A DNA stretch of 64,000 nt, taken from NCBI GenBank assembly GCA_038231275.1, contig JBBRLQ010000023.1, positions 32,001 through 96,000 on the forward strand, written 5' to 3'. The stretch comes from Polyangiales bacterium. GTDB lineage: Bacteria; Myxococcota_A; Polyangia; Polyangiales; Polyangiaceae. Shown here one piece after another: positions 21,581 to 30,771 of this stretch (the first letter of the stretch is position 1; each line of letters opens with the position of its first letter). Under the pieces are notes generated by a model, which was given only the letters and a program-made list of their open reading frames with translations, was not told where the DNA came from and did no database searches. Position numbers and translations under genes: made by a program.

Positions 21581-23458
21581 TCAGCGAACGACGGGGCGTA
21601 CCTTGACCTTCACCTTGTCGTGCCCCTCGACGTAACGGTCGAGCAGCACGACGGTCCGGCCGTAGCTCGTGAACGCGTCGGGCCCGGTGTCCGAGGTCTG
21701 CGAGCGCAGCGTGTCGAGCGCGAAGCTCGGCAGGCGGGAGGCGACGTGCCCGTTGAAGGCCACGCCCTGCTGAGGAAGCTTGTAGGATACAACGATGCTC
21801 TTGGGCGCCAGGGTCTGGCGCGTCTCGTTGGCGATGAGCTGCTCGAGCGACTCCGGCGGCGAGATCTCGGGCACGACCTCGTAGCCCGGGGCGATCTCGA
21901 GCTCCACGTCCTTGCCCGCGAGCTCGGTCGGGATCTTCACGTCGATCGTCCGCTGCGCGCTGGGTCCGGCGTAGGAGGTGAAGTGCACGACGATGCGCGC
22001 GGTGCCGCCGGCGTCGACGACGCTGTCCTTGAGCTCGACGCCGCGGAGGCGCCAGAGGTCGCGCGTGAAGCTCACGGCGAGCGTGGACTCCACCTTCTCG
22101 ACGCGCGCGTGCTCCCAGGGGTTGTTGAGCACGTCGCCGATGGCGCGGGCGACGCGGGAGTGGCCAAAGTCGCCGCTGTCGGGCATGCCGCCGATCGCGA
22201 CGCCGAAGTCTTCGAGCTCGATCGTGCCCTTGCCGCGAAACGAGACCTTGCTCTTCAAGGACCACGTCACGTCGCGCTTCTCGTTGACCGTCGCCTCGAT
22301 GACCGAGCCGAACGCTGCGGCGGCGAGCGACGTCGACATGAAGCGCTCCTCGGCGACCGTCATGTTCCACGATTTTTTCGGCGCGCCTTCCACGCCGGTG
22401 ACGTCGACGTGGATCGGGAACGTCGGCGCGGTGACCTTCTCGTCGACGGTGATCGAGCTCATTCGATCTTGCACGAGCGCGCCGAGCGGCCGCGCGCTCT
22501 CGCCGATTTTCGACGAGTGCTGATCGCTCGCGAAGATCCACAAAACACGGCCGATCGTGGCGGGGAGGCAGGTGTTGCCGGCGTCCATCATCGGGTGACC
22601 GAAGCCGGAGACCTTGCCACCCTCGGCGTACGTCGCGGTGCCGAGGCCCATGAACGACACGTCGCCGCCGACCAGCTGAACGCCGAGCGCGCCGCCGTTG
22701 ACGTAGTGCTCGGGGGCCCCGTCGGTCTTCGCGTTGCCGCCGCCGACCTGGAGCGGCTCCATGCCGAGCGGCTCGAAGATCTTCTTCACGTACGCGGTCG
22801 CCTTGTCTCCCATGCCGCCGAGCATCAGCGGCGTCGACGCGGGGACGAGGTTCCGTGAGGCGTCGCGCGCGCCGAGGCGATCGGCGATTTGGCGCGCGTG
22901 GGTGTCGAGATCGTAGGTGCCCGGCGCGCCGTCCCATGACGTGGTGCCGCCGTCCAGCGATGCGCGCTTTGCGCCAGCCGCGCGCGGCGTGGCGGCGGGC
23001 AGCGGTCCTTTGCCGTCGATCGGCCAGAAGCCCGGCGGGATCGGGCGGTTCATTTCGGCGAGCATCGGCGCGATCGGCGTGACGCCCGCGACCGGCTCCA
23101 CCTGGAACGACGCCCACGAGTACGCGTACGCGCCGGCGAGGCGGCCATCCAAGTAGATCGGGCTCCCGCTCATGCCGCGGACGTTCTTCGTGATGTTGAG
23201 GCGCGGGTGCGGCGTCCGAACGAGAATGAGCTCCTGCGACGGACGGAAATTGTGGAGGACGCCGATGACCTCGACGTCGAACTTCTCGGGCTCCGTCCCT
23301 TTGAAGACGGTCAGGCCGTAGCCCTTCATGCCTTCTTTGATCTCGTCGACGCCGATCGTGCGCGGCTTCGCGTCGCCGCGCGCGAGAGGAATGGTCAGGC
23401 CGAGCGCCGTGAGGAGACCCACCGCGAGGGCGCCCGAGAAGACGAATTCACCACGCAC
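21581..23458 (-). CDS. SpoIVB peptidase S55 domain protein
   Basis: GMKGYGLTVFKG..PEKFDVEVIGVL, GMSGSPIY..G.LAGA, GVTPI and FGHP motifs; N-terminal signal; GTG start has TACGCT 7 nt upstream. Confidence 0.88.
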   Translation of the reverse strand: MRGEFVFSGALAVGLLTALGLTIPLARGDAKPRTIGVDEIKEGMKGYGLTVFKGTEPEKFDVEVIGVLHNFRPSQELILVRTPHPRLNITKNVRGMSGSPIYLDGRLAGAYAYSWASFQVEPVAGVTPIAPMLAEMNRPIPPGFWPIDGKGPLPAATPRAAGAKRASLDGGTTSWDGAPGTYDLDTHARQIADRLGARDASRNLVPASTPLMLGGMGDKATAYVKKIFEPLGMEPLQVGGGNAKTDGAPEHYVNGGALGVQLVGGDVSFMGLGTATYAEGGKVSGFGHPMMDAGNTCLPATIGRVLWIFASDQHSSKIGESARPLGALVQDRMSSITVDEKVTAPTFPIHVDVTGVEGAPKKSWNMTVAEERFMSTSLAAAAFGSVIEATVNEKRDVTWSLKSKVSFRGKGTIELEDFGVAIGGMPDSGDFGHSRVARAIGDVLNNPWEHARVEKVESTLAVSFTRDLWRLRGVELKDSVVDAGGTARIVVHFTSYAGPSAQRTIDVKIPTELAGKDVELEIAPGYEVVPEISPPESLEQLIANETRQTLAPKSIVVSYKLPQQGVAFNGHVASRLPSFALDTLRSQTSDTGPDAFTSYGRTVVLLDRYVEGHDKVKVKVRPVVR

Positions 23459-23603
23459 GGGTGAGAGCGTATCCCAAGTCCCACCACCGTGGGCCGCCGC
23501 GGAACGCTTCAGCTTCACGCCACGTCCACGCGTGTGCGCGCATGTCCGCGAGCCGGATGCGTTGACCCGCCGCCGGAGGGGTGGGATCGTTGAGGCTTCG
23601 GAA

Positions 23604-26048
23604 ATGGGTGCAGAGAGCGAAACGGACGAGTTGCTTCCCGTGATTGTCGCGGAGCTCGATGACGAGGCCGCGCGCGACACGCTCGAGGCGGTGGCCTTCG
23701 CCGGTGGCGAGATCTGCGTCCCACTCACGAGCGCGCCTGTCGATGGCTCGCGTCACGTGCTGGAGGTGTACACCCCGGATTCTACGGAGCCTCTCCTCAT
23801 GTGCGCGTTTCCGCTCGGACCGCCGACCGAAAACGGGTTCCTGCTTCGTCTCATGCCGTTCGAGGCGCCGTCGAGCCGGCGGGTGCGCGCGGCGTCGAGC
23901 CCGAGCTTCACGCCCCCTCCGCCCCCCCCGCCGCTCCGGTCGCGTTTCCCAACGAGCAACAGAAAGCTCACCGCGGGTCACGCCGCGGCGCTCACGCAGG
24001 CGGCGCCTGTCGCTCCCGAGCAAGCGCACATTGGGCGCGTGCTCGCGGGCAAGTTGCGCCTCGATAGCCTCGTGGGCGTGGGTGGGATGGGCGTCGTCTA
24101 CCGCGCGACGCACCTCGGGCTGAACATGGCCGTCGCGGTAAAGGTCCTCCACGATCGCCTCCAGCGCGATCTCGATTTCTGTCGCCGCTTCCACGCCGAA
24201 GCGCTCGCGGCGAGCCGCCTCGATCACCCGAACCTGACGCGCGTTCTCGACTTCGGTCAGGAGCCCGACGGGCTCGTGTACATCGCGATGGAGTTCCTCG
24301 CCGGAGCGGACCTGCGCACCGTCATCGCGCGCGATGGAAACCTGTCGCCGCGCCGCGCCGCGCAGACGCTCATCCAGGTGACGCTCGGCCTCACGCAGAT
24401 GCACACGCGCGGCATGGTTCACCGCGATCTGAAGCCGGACAACGTCGTGCTCGTGCGCGGGGAGGACGAGGACGGCAAGCCGATGGAGACCGTGAAGCTG
24501 TGCGACTTCGGCATCGCCGTCGCCAACGGCGCATCGGGCGAGATCGTCGGGACGCCGGAGTACATGTCCCCCGAGCAGTGCCAGGGCAAAGAGTTCGACG
24601 CGCGCGGCGACGTCTACGCGTGCGGTGTGATGCTCTGCGAGATGGTGACGGGCCACGCGCCGTTCGAAGGCGACGACGTGATGATCATCGTCGCGCAGCA
24701 CCTCACCGCCGAGCCGCGGCTCGACCACGTCGACCCGAAGATTGCCGCGGTGGTGCGTAAGGCGATGAAGAAGAACCCGGCGGAGCGCTTCCAGAGCGCG
24801 CGCGATCTGCGGCACGCGTTGCGAGATCTGCTCGCGCCGCCCGCCGCCTCGCCGCCGCCGCTTCCTCCCGGAGCGAAGCGCGGCGCGCAGCCCGAGTGGC
24901 TCGAAGCGAACAACAGCACGTCGGGGAACTACCTCGCCGCGGGGCCGCCGTCGGGCCAGTTCGCGGAGGTGAGCGTCGCGTCGCGCACCGCGTCGGCGAC
25001 GAGCAACACGCTCCAGACCGATCCGTCGCGTTTCTTGACGGACCTGGTCCAGATCATGGACCCGCGAAAGTTCGCCGCGTCGTGCGTGCAGCTGGAGGAG
25101 ATCGTGCCGATCCTCGCCGTGCGCGGGCAGACGGCGACGCTCTGGCGCGTTCGGTCCACGCTGGGCTTGATCGCAGCGGAAGGGCCCCCCGTCACCGGAA
25201 CACGTGCGGCCAGCGCGGCCCGCGTTCTCAAGCTGCTCGACGACGGCGCGGTCCTCGGGCCGGCAGCCGACGAGCTCCTTCGCGAGACGACGCCGTCGCG
25301 GGAGGCGCGCGGCCTGGTCCTCGCCGCCGCTGTCGCGGGCGCCTACGCCCTCTACGGCGCGCGCGTGAAGGTCGCGGCCACGCCCGACGTTCGCTTGCGG
25401 TTCGTGGAGGCGCTACGCGAAATCGGCGCCGCATCGTGGCCGCTTCTCCGCGCGGCGCTCGAGCGCTTGGCGAAGGAGGCGTCGCCGGCCGCCGCGCACG
25501 TCACCGAAGATCTCCTCACCGCGGTGCCTGCGGCCGTCGACGACGCGGGCGGTGCCGCGGTCTCGCTTCACCTCCGGAGTCCCTCGCTCGAGGTGCGGCG
25601 CGCGGCGGTGTCGGCGCTCGCCCGCGCATGGGGAGACCGCGCGCGGCCGCTCTTCGTCGCGCTGCTCCAGGACGCCGACGAGGGCGTTCGTCTCGCGGTG
25701 CTCGCGTCGTTGAGGGCGTCCGCGTCGATCGACGTCGAGGTCGTGCGGCGCATCGGGTCGCTCCTCGCGCGAGATCCGCGGGCCAGCACGCTGCTTCGCG
25801 TGAACGCGGCCGCGGCGCTCCCGAGCGCGTCGGGTCCTGGTCGCGACGCCGCCGCCGAGCTCCTCCGCACGTTCGTCGCGCGTGCTCCGTCCGGCGCGAT
25901 GGGCGAGGAGGTGCTCATCGCCGCGTCGCAGTCCCTGGTGAAGCTCGACCCCGAGAATGGCGCAAAGATCGTGAGCACTCGCGCGGCCGGCGAGTCGATG
26001 GTCCTGCGCCGCCGCCTTCTCGAGATCGCCCGAAACCCAGGCGTCTGA
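23604..26048 (+). CDS. Ser/Thr protein kinase with C-terminal HEAT-like repeats
   Basis: GVGGMGVVY, VAVK, HRDLKPDN, DFGIA, GTPEYMSPEQ and DVYACG motifs; C-terminal EVRRAAV.AL / DADEGVRLA repeats. Confidence 0.93.
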   Translation: MGAESETDELLPVIVAELDDEAARDTLEAVAFAGGEICVPLTSAPVDGSRHVLEVYTPDSTEPLLMCAFPLGPPTENGFLLRLMPFEAPSSRRVRAASSPSFTPPPPPPPLRSRFPTSNRKLTAGHAAALTQAAPVAPEQAHIGRVLAGKLRLDSLVGVGGMGVVYRATHLGLNMAVAVKVLHDRLQRDLDFCRRFHAEALAASRLDHPNLTRVLDFGQEPDGLVYIAMEFLAGADLRTVIARDGNLSPRRAAQTLIQVTLGLTQMHTRGMVHRDLKPDNVVLVRGEDEDGKPMETVKLCDFGIAVANGASGEIVGTPEYMSPEQCQGKEFDARGDVYACGVMLCEMVTGHAPFEGDDVMIIVAQHLTAEPRLDHVDPKIAAVVRKAMKKNPAERFQSARDLRHALRDLLAPPAASPPPLPPGAKRGAQPEWLEANNSTSGNYLAAGPPSGQFAEVSVASRTASATSNTLQTDPSRFLTDLVQIMDPRKFAASCVQLEEIVPILAVRGQTATLWRVRSTLGLIAAEGPPVTGTRAASAARVLKLLDDGAVLGPAADELLRETTPSREARGLVLAAAVAGAYALYGARVKVAATPDVRLRFVEALREIGAASWPLLRAALERLAKEASPAAAHVTEDLLTAVPAAVDDAGGAAVSLHLRSPSLEVRRAAVSALARAWGDRARPLFVALLQDADEGVRLAVLASLRASASIDVEVVRRIGSLLARDPRASTLLRVNAAAALPSASGPGRDAAAELLRTFVARAPSGAMGEEVLIAASQSLVKLDPENGAKIVSTRAAGESMVLRRRLLEIARNPGV

Positions 26049-26140
26049 CCGGATCAGGTGAGGCACGCCCATGGGCCGCTCGCGATCCGATTCATGCGCA
26101 GACCTGCGCGTAACATTATGAAATAACGAGACAGTTGGCT

Positions 26141-26156
26141 TGGCCGAGTTCCTGCA
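26141..26156 (+). promoter_or_regulatory. Possible sigma54 promoter
   Basis: TGGCCGAGTTCCTGCA (GG-N10-GC) preceded by AT-rich TAACATTATGAAATAAC. Confidence 0.45.
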
Positions 26157-26219
26157 CACATTGTGGGTCTACGTAGGCGACAACTTTCCGTCGTCACTGT
26201 CCCCCGAGAGGAACCCGGA

Positions 26220-28103
26220 ATGCTCCGTCACTTCTTCACCTCCGCCGTCGTCGCGCTCGCGCTCCTCCCCGCCGCGGGCGTCTCCGTCGTGGGCTGCTCG
26301 TCCGAGGTCGGTCCGTCCGACGACGGCTCCGATGCGCTCGCCGTCGAGCCGGGACCGAAGGACGTCTCCGGAAGCTCCACCGAGGTGTGGAGCGTCACGC
26401 ACAAGTGGACGGATCGAACGGCCGCCGGCAAGACCTACGAAGAAGACTACGTCGACTGGATCACCAACCTCCGCCGCACCAAGGCGACGCGCTACGGCGA
26501 CACCCTCGAGATCACGACGCCGCCTGGCGCCGCGTACACGCGCACGATGGGCGCGCCGACGCTCGAGTGCGCAGACACGGCGCTCTTCCTCCGCGTCGCA
26601 TACGCGGCGCTCAACCATCTGCCCTTCTACGTGAAGTCGGGCGACGTGTACGGCGGGCACTTTGGCTTCGTCCACAAGGACGGGACGCCGCACTCGGTGG
26701 GTGCAAACTACAAGAACGCGTACAAGGACTACGAGGGCCATTACGCCGACGGGCAGCCCTGGCCGTCGGACGCAACGCTCCGCGCGAAGCACGTCGCCGG
26801 GTACAAGAGCGGCGACGACACGTTCGTCGAGATCACGCCAGGCAACCTCGGCGGCGACGGCGCGTGGTTCGACGAGTTCTTCCTCAACAAGCGCGTCGGC
26901 TGGTTCCTCCTCACGCTCGTCGATCTCTTCGGCAGCACCAACCTCGCACAAGAGGGGAACCTCTTTCACATCAAGCCGGAGGCCACGCGCCCCGGTGACG
27001 CGCTCCTGCATCGCCACGGAAAATACGCGCCGATCGGCCACACGCTGTTCGTCTACCAGGTGCGTCACCCGGCGGCGGATCGCGCGGAGATCGAGGTGGT
27101 CAGCGGCTCGATGCCGGCGCGTCAGGCGTCGTGGGCTCCGCACTACGACTCGCGCAACTACTTCATCTCGGACGAGGGCGGCGGCGACAAGGTCACGACC
27201 GAGTGCCGCTCCGACTACTCGCTCGACTGGAACGATCAGACGCGCTGCACCAAGCAGATCGAAGAGATCCCCAAGCCGGCGAGCGGCGTCTGCAACGCGC
27301 CCTACGAGAAGCACCCGTGGGACGACACCAAGTGCGTGCGCAACGCCGTCGTTCCCGCCGAGCAGACCAATCTCCGCACGCTGGGCGGCGGCATCCGGCG
27401 CTTCCGAACGCCGGTCCTCCAGGGCGGGCACTGGAACAACATCGTCCCGCAGAGCGCGATGAGCGTGTACATCCCCGAGACCGACGCAGAGACGATCGGC
27501 AAGCGCCCGAAGCAGTTCGAGCAGCTCCTCTCTCTCGGGACGCCCGAGCAGCGGAAGGCGGCGGCGATCGCCAACATCGCCAGCGACCGCGACTACATCC
27601 ACACGGCGCCGTCGACGTGCTCGAAGCGCACCGCGCGCGAGGACGCGTTCCAGGAGCTCTATCGCGCCTACTCCGATCTCGGCGAGAACGACCACGCGAA
27701 GATCGACAAGGAGAACCGCAAGCTCGAGGACTACGTCTTCGCCGAGCTCGACTACGACAGCAGCAAGACGTGTTGCTGGAACAGCACGAAGGCCGAGCAC
27801 TTCGACACGATCATGCAGTGGGCGCAGTCGGAGATGACGAAGGCGTCGGCGAATGGCACGTGCATCGCGCCGCCGGTGTTCGAGGCTTCGGGCCCTGGCG
27901 ACGGCTACGAGAAGGTCCGCGCGTACGCGACGTCGAAGAACATGCCGTTCCCGGCGGCGTGGACCGAGGACGAGCCGTGCAAGGCGAAGGCGGTCCAGCA
28001 GGACACGGTCACGCCGCGCGCGAAGGACGCGGATTACTGTGCGACCAACGCGCCGCCGGCCGCGCCGACACCGACGCCTCCCCCTCCTCCCGGGACGCCT
28101 TGA
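26220..28103 (+). CDS. Lipoprotein, putative papain/NlpC-P60-like Cys hydrolase of unknown function
   Basis: Lipobox VVGC; ECADTALFLR..A...LPF, PGDALL and GHT motifs; Cys-rich C-terminal half. Confidence 0.7.
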   Translation: MLRHFFTSAVVALALLPAAGVSVVGCSSEVGPSDDGSDALAVEPGPKDVSGSSTEVWSVTHKWTDRTAAGKTYEEDYVDWITNLRRTKATRYGDTLEITTPPGAAYTRTMGAPTLECADTALFLRVAYAALNHLPFYVKSGDVYGGHFGFVHKDGTPHSVGANYKNAYKDYEGHYADGQPWPSDATLRAKHVAGYKSGDDTFVEITPGNLGGDGAWFDEFFLNKRVGWFLLTLVDLFGSTNLAQEGNLFHIKPEATRPGDALLHRHGKYAPIGHTLFVYQVRHPAADRAEIEVVSGSMPARQASWAPHYDSRNYFISDEGGGDKVTTECRSDYSLDWNDQTRCTKQIEEIPKPASGVCNAPYEKHPWDDTKCVRNAVVPAEQTNLRTLGGGIRRFRTPVLQGGHWNNIVPQSAMSVYIPETDAETIGKRPKQFEQLLSLGTPEQRKAAAIANIASDRDYIHTAPSTCSKRTAREDAFQELYRAYSDLGENDHAKIDKENRKLEDYVFAELDYDSSKTCCWNSTKAEHFDTIMQWAQSEMTKASANGTCIAPPVFEASGPGDGYEKVRAYATSKNMPFPAAWTEDEPCKAKAVQQDTVTPRAKDADYCATNAPPAAPTPTPPPPPGTP

Positions 28104-28127
28104 GGGAGACGCGCTAGCCTTGGGGGG

Positions 28128-29246
28128 ATGACGCGCACGACGGCCTCAGGTCACCTCTTCGGGATCGCGGCCGTCTTCGCGGCGTTCGCGTCGTCATGCG
28201 CGAGCAACGCGCCGCGGGCGGACACCGTCTCCGGCGTCGACGCGGGTGGCGGCGTCGATGGAGAGGTGCTTCCGCCCCCCGACGCGACAGTCGGGCTCGA
28301 CGCTTCCGTCGATGCGGCGGACGCGTCGCCGATCGCGGACGGCGGCGGAGGGTGTGGCACGTTCGCAGGGACCGACGCCGGGGCCGACGCCGCCGCGCCG
28401 CCGATTCTGCACACAGTCGTTCCGCAGACGACCGATCCCGCGATCACCGCGACGTGGAACGCGCCGCACTACGCGTACGTCGATCCCCACGCGCCCCTGC
28501 GCTGCAAGCTCGTGCTCTTTCTCGTCGGCCTGGGCGGCAAGCCGGGCGACGCGCAGACGTACATGACGCACGCAGCACGCCAGGGGTTCCACGTGCTCGG
28601 CCTCACCTACGCGAACACCATCTCGCCGGCGCCCACGTGCCAGAACGATCCCGATGTCGACTGCCACTTGAAGCTCCGTCAAGAGGAGCTCGACGGCACC
28701 GATCAGAGCCCGCTCCTCGTGGTATCGCGCGCCGATTCGATCGAGAACCGCATCGTGAAAGCGCTCGCGTACCTCGACGCGACGTACCCCGTCGAAGGGT
28801 GGTCTGCGTATTCGGACACCTCGACGGCGCCGCGCTGGGGGTCGATCGTCGTGACGGGACACTCGCACGGCTCGAGCACCGCCGGCGTCATCGGGAAGCT
28901 GCGCAAGGTCGCGCGCGTCGTCATGCTCGCGGGCCCCTATGACTTTCGCTCGCCTACTGCAGGCGCCACGACGGGGACACCGGCATCGTGGCTCGCGAAG
29001 CCGTCGCTTACGAGCCCGTCGGATTTCTATGCCTTCGTCCATCTGGCCGACACACAGTCGCCGCAGGACGCGACGAACTGGGACGCCGCTGGCCTTCCCG
29101 TCGTCGGCACGCGCGTGAGCGTCGACGGCGCGGCGGCCCCCTACGGCGGCTCGCACCAGCTCACGACGAACATCGCGGGCGGTGGTCACGGCAGCGTCGT
29201 GTCGAACGCGGCGTATGGTTCGGTCTGGGACTACTTGCTCGAGTAG
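28128..29246 (+). CDS. Alpha/beta-hydrolase lipoprotein
   Basis: GHSHG nucleophile elbow, FLVGLGG, H..D and C-terminal GHGS; lipobox FASSC. Confidence 0.8.
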   Translation: MTRTTASGHLFGIAAVFAAFASSCASNAPRADTVSGVDAGGGVDGEVLPPPDATVGLDASVDAADASPIADGGGGCGTFAGTDAGADAAAPPILHTVVPQTTDPAITATWNAPHYAYVDPHAPLRCKLVLFLVGLGGKPGDAQTYMTHAARQGFHVLGLTYANTISPAPTCQNDPDVDCHLKLRQEELDGTDQSPLLVVSRADSIENRIVKALAYLDATYPVEGWSAYSDTSTAPRWGSIVVTGHSHGSSTAGVIGKLRKVARVVMLAGPYDFRSPTAGATTGTPASWLAKPSLTSPSDFYAFVHLADTQSPQDATNWDAAGLPVVGTRVSVDGAAAPYGGSHQLTTNIAGGGHGSVVSNAAYGSVWDYLLE

Positions 29247-29267
29247 CCGTCTTGTAGAGTGGCGGCG

Positions 29268-29936
29268 ATGCGCCGACTCCTGATCGTCCTCGCCGTCACG
29301 GTCGCGTGCTCGAAGTCCTCCGAGTCCGCGACGCCGACTCCGACTCCGACTCCGACTCCGACTCCGGCTCCGACTCCGACTCCGACTCCGACTCCGACTC
29401 CGACTCCGACTCCGACGCCGACTCCGACTCCGACTCCGACGCCGAAGGTGTACGCGCGCGTGCTCCACACCGGTGACTCGATGGTCGGCGGCGGGCTCTC
29501 ACGATCGCTCCGGCCGAAGTTCGAGGCCGAAGGCGCGAAGTACTTTCGCGACGTCTGGGAGAGCGGCTCCCTCCGCGATTTCTCGCGCTCCGATCGCATT
29601 CCGAAGTTGATCAAGGAGGACAAGCCGGACCTCGTCCTCCTCTCGCTCGGCGCGAACGACGTGTACGAGACGAAGCCCGAGGTGATGGCGCCCTTCGTCG
29701 CGAAGATCGCCAAGATGACCGAGGGAGTCGACTGCATCTGGATCGGCCCGCCGATCTGGAAGGACGAGTACAAGCGCCTGGTCCCGGTGCTTCGCGACAA
29801 CGCCGCGCCCTGCAAATTCTTCGATTCGAGCGAGATCGAGATGCACCGCAAACCCGACGGCATCCACCCCGACGAAAAGGGGGGAGAAACCTACGCGGAC
29901 GCGTTCTGGGCCTTCCTGCGGCCGCCTGCGAAGTAG
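29268..29936 (+). CDS. SGNH/GDSL hydrolase lipoprotein with (TP)n linker
   Basis: GDSM, LGAND and DGIHP blocks; lipobox VTVAC. Confidence 0.88.
   Translation: MRRLLIVLAVTVACSKSSESATPTPTPTPTPTPAPTPTPTPTPTPTPTPTPTPTPTPTPKVYARVLHTGDSMVGGGLSRSLRPKFEAEGAKYFRDVWESGSLRDFSRSDRIPKLIKEDKPDLVLLSLGANDVYETKPEVMAPFVAKIAKMTEGVDCIWIGPPIWKDEYKRLVPVLRDNAAPCKFFDSSEIEMHRKPDGIHPDEKGGETYADAFWAFLRPPAK
29331..29444 (+). repeat. Hexanucleotide tandem repeat (ACTCCG)x19, encoding (TP)6-AP-(TP)12
   Basis: Directly visible, with a few ACG/GCT variants. Confidence 0.95.
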
Positions 29937-29950
29937 GCTACGTTTCTCCC

Positions 29951-30742
29951 ATGGGGGTGACTCCCAACGCGTTCGGGATCGCGCGCTCGATCGATCCCGT
30001 GCGGAGTCGGGCGCGGCTCGCAGAGCTGTGCGAGCTCATGATCCGCGACGTCGGCGGCATCGTGATGCCCCACCACGCCGAGACGTACCGTCAGCTCGCG
30101 GGCGATTTCGCCTCGGGTCGCGTCGCGCTCGCGTGGATGCCGCCGCTCCTGTGCATCGAGCTCGACAAGCAGCACGCGACCGCCGAGGTCGTACTGCCTG
30201 TGCGCGGGGGCTCGGTGACGTACTACTCGGCGCTCGTCGCGCGTCGCAGCGGGGGGCCGCGGAGCCTCGCCGACGTCAAGCACGCCAAGGTCGCGTGGGT
30301 CGATCCCGAGAGCTCCTCGGGGTACCTCGTGCCGCGCCTGCATCTCCAGTCCCAAGGCCGCGCGCTCGGCGCGATGTTCGATGGCGAGATGATGGCCGGC
30401 AGCCACGTCGCGGTCCTCGACGCCGTGCAGTCGGGGCGCGTCGACGTCGGCGCGACCTACTGCGCCAGCAAGGCGCCCAAGTGGATGTCGAACGCAGGCG
30501 TCGAGCGACCGCTCGACGCGCTCACGATCACCGGTGCGATCCCGAACGACGCCCTCGTCCTGTCGCCGGCCTTGACCGCCAACCAGCGCGCGAAGATCCA
30601 GCGCTGGTTCATCATGGATATGCCGGCGCGCGCGCGTCAGCTCACGCTCGACCTCATGGGCGCGTCGGAATTCCGCGCGGGCTCGCTCAGCCATTTCGCG
30701 CCCCTCAGGCGAATGCTCGCGGCCGCCAGCTACGCGATGTGA
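29951..30742 (+). CDS. PhnD-like phosphate/phosphonate-binding domain protein (stand-alone)
   Basis: YYSALVAR, AWVDPESSSGYLVP, GSHVAVLDAV.SG.VDVGA and IPND motifs. Confidence 0.85.
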   Translation: MGVTPNAFGIARSIDPVRSRARLAELCELMIRDVGGIVMPHHAETYRQLAGDFASGRVALAWMPPLLCIELDKQHATAEVVLPVRGGSVTYYSALVARRSGGPRSLADVKHAKVAWVDPESSSGYLVPRLHLQSQGRALGAMFDGEMMAGSHVAVLDAVQSGRVDVGATYCASKAPKWMSNAGVERPLDALTITGAIPNDALVLSPALTANQRAKIQRWFIMDMPARARQLTLDLMGASEFRAGSLSHFAPLRRMLAAASYAM

Positions 30743-30771
30743 GCCGGAGTTTCTGCTAACTTGGCGGGGAA

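Noticed and set aside
21546..23117. N-terminal half of the 1200-aa ORF, a possible frameshift fusion of the S55 and propeller genes
   Set aside because: Off-frame read-through of the S55 gene; the propeller gene has its own signal peptide and -10 box.
29231..29863. (GV)n, (SE)n and (RS)n repeat ORFs
   Set aside because: Alternative frames of the ACTCCG repeat; it has no spacers, so it is not a CRISPR array.
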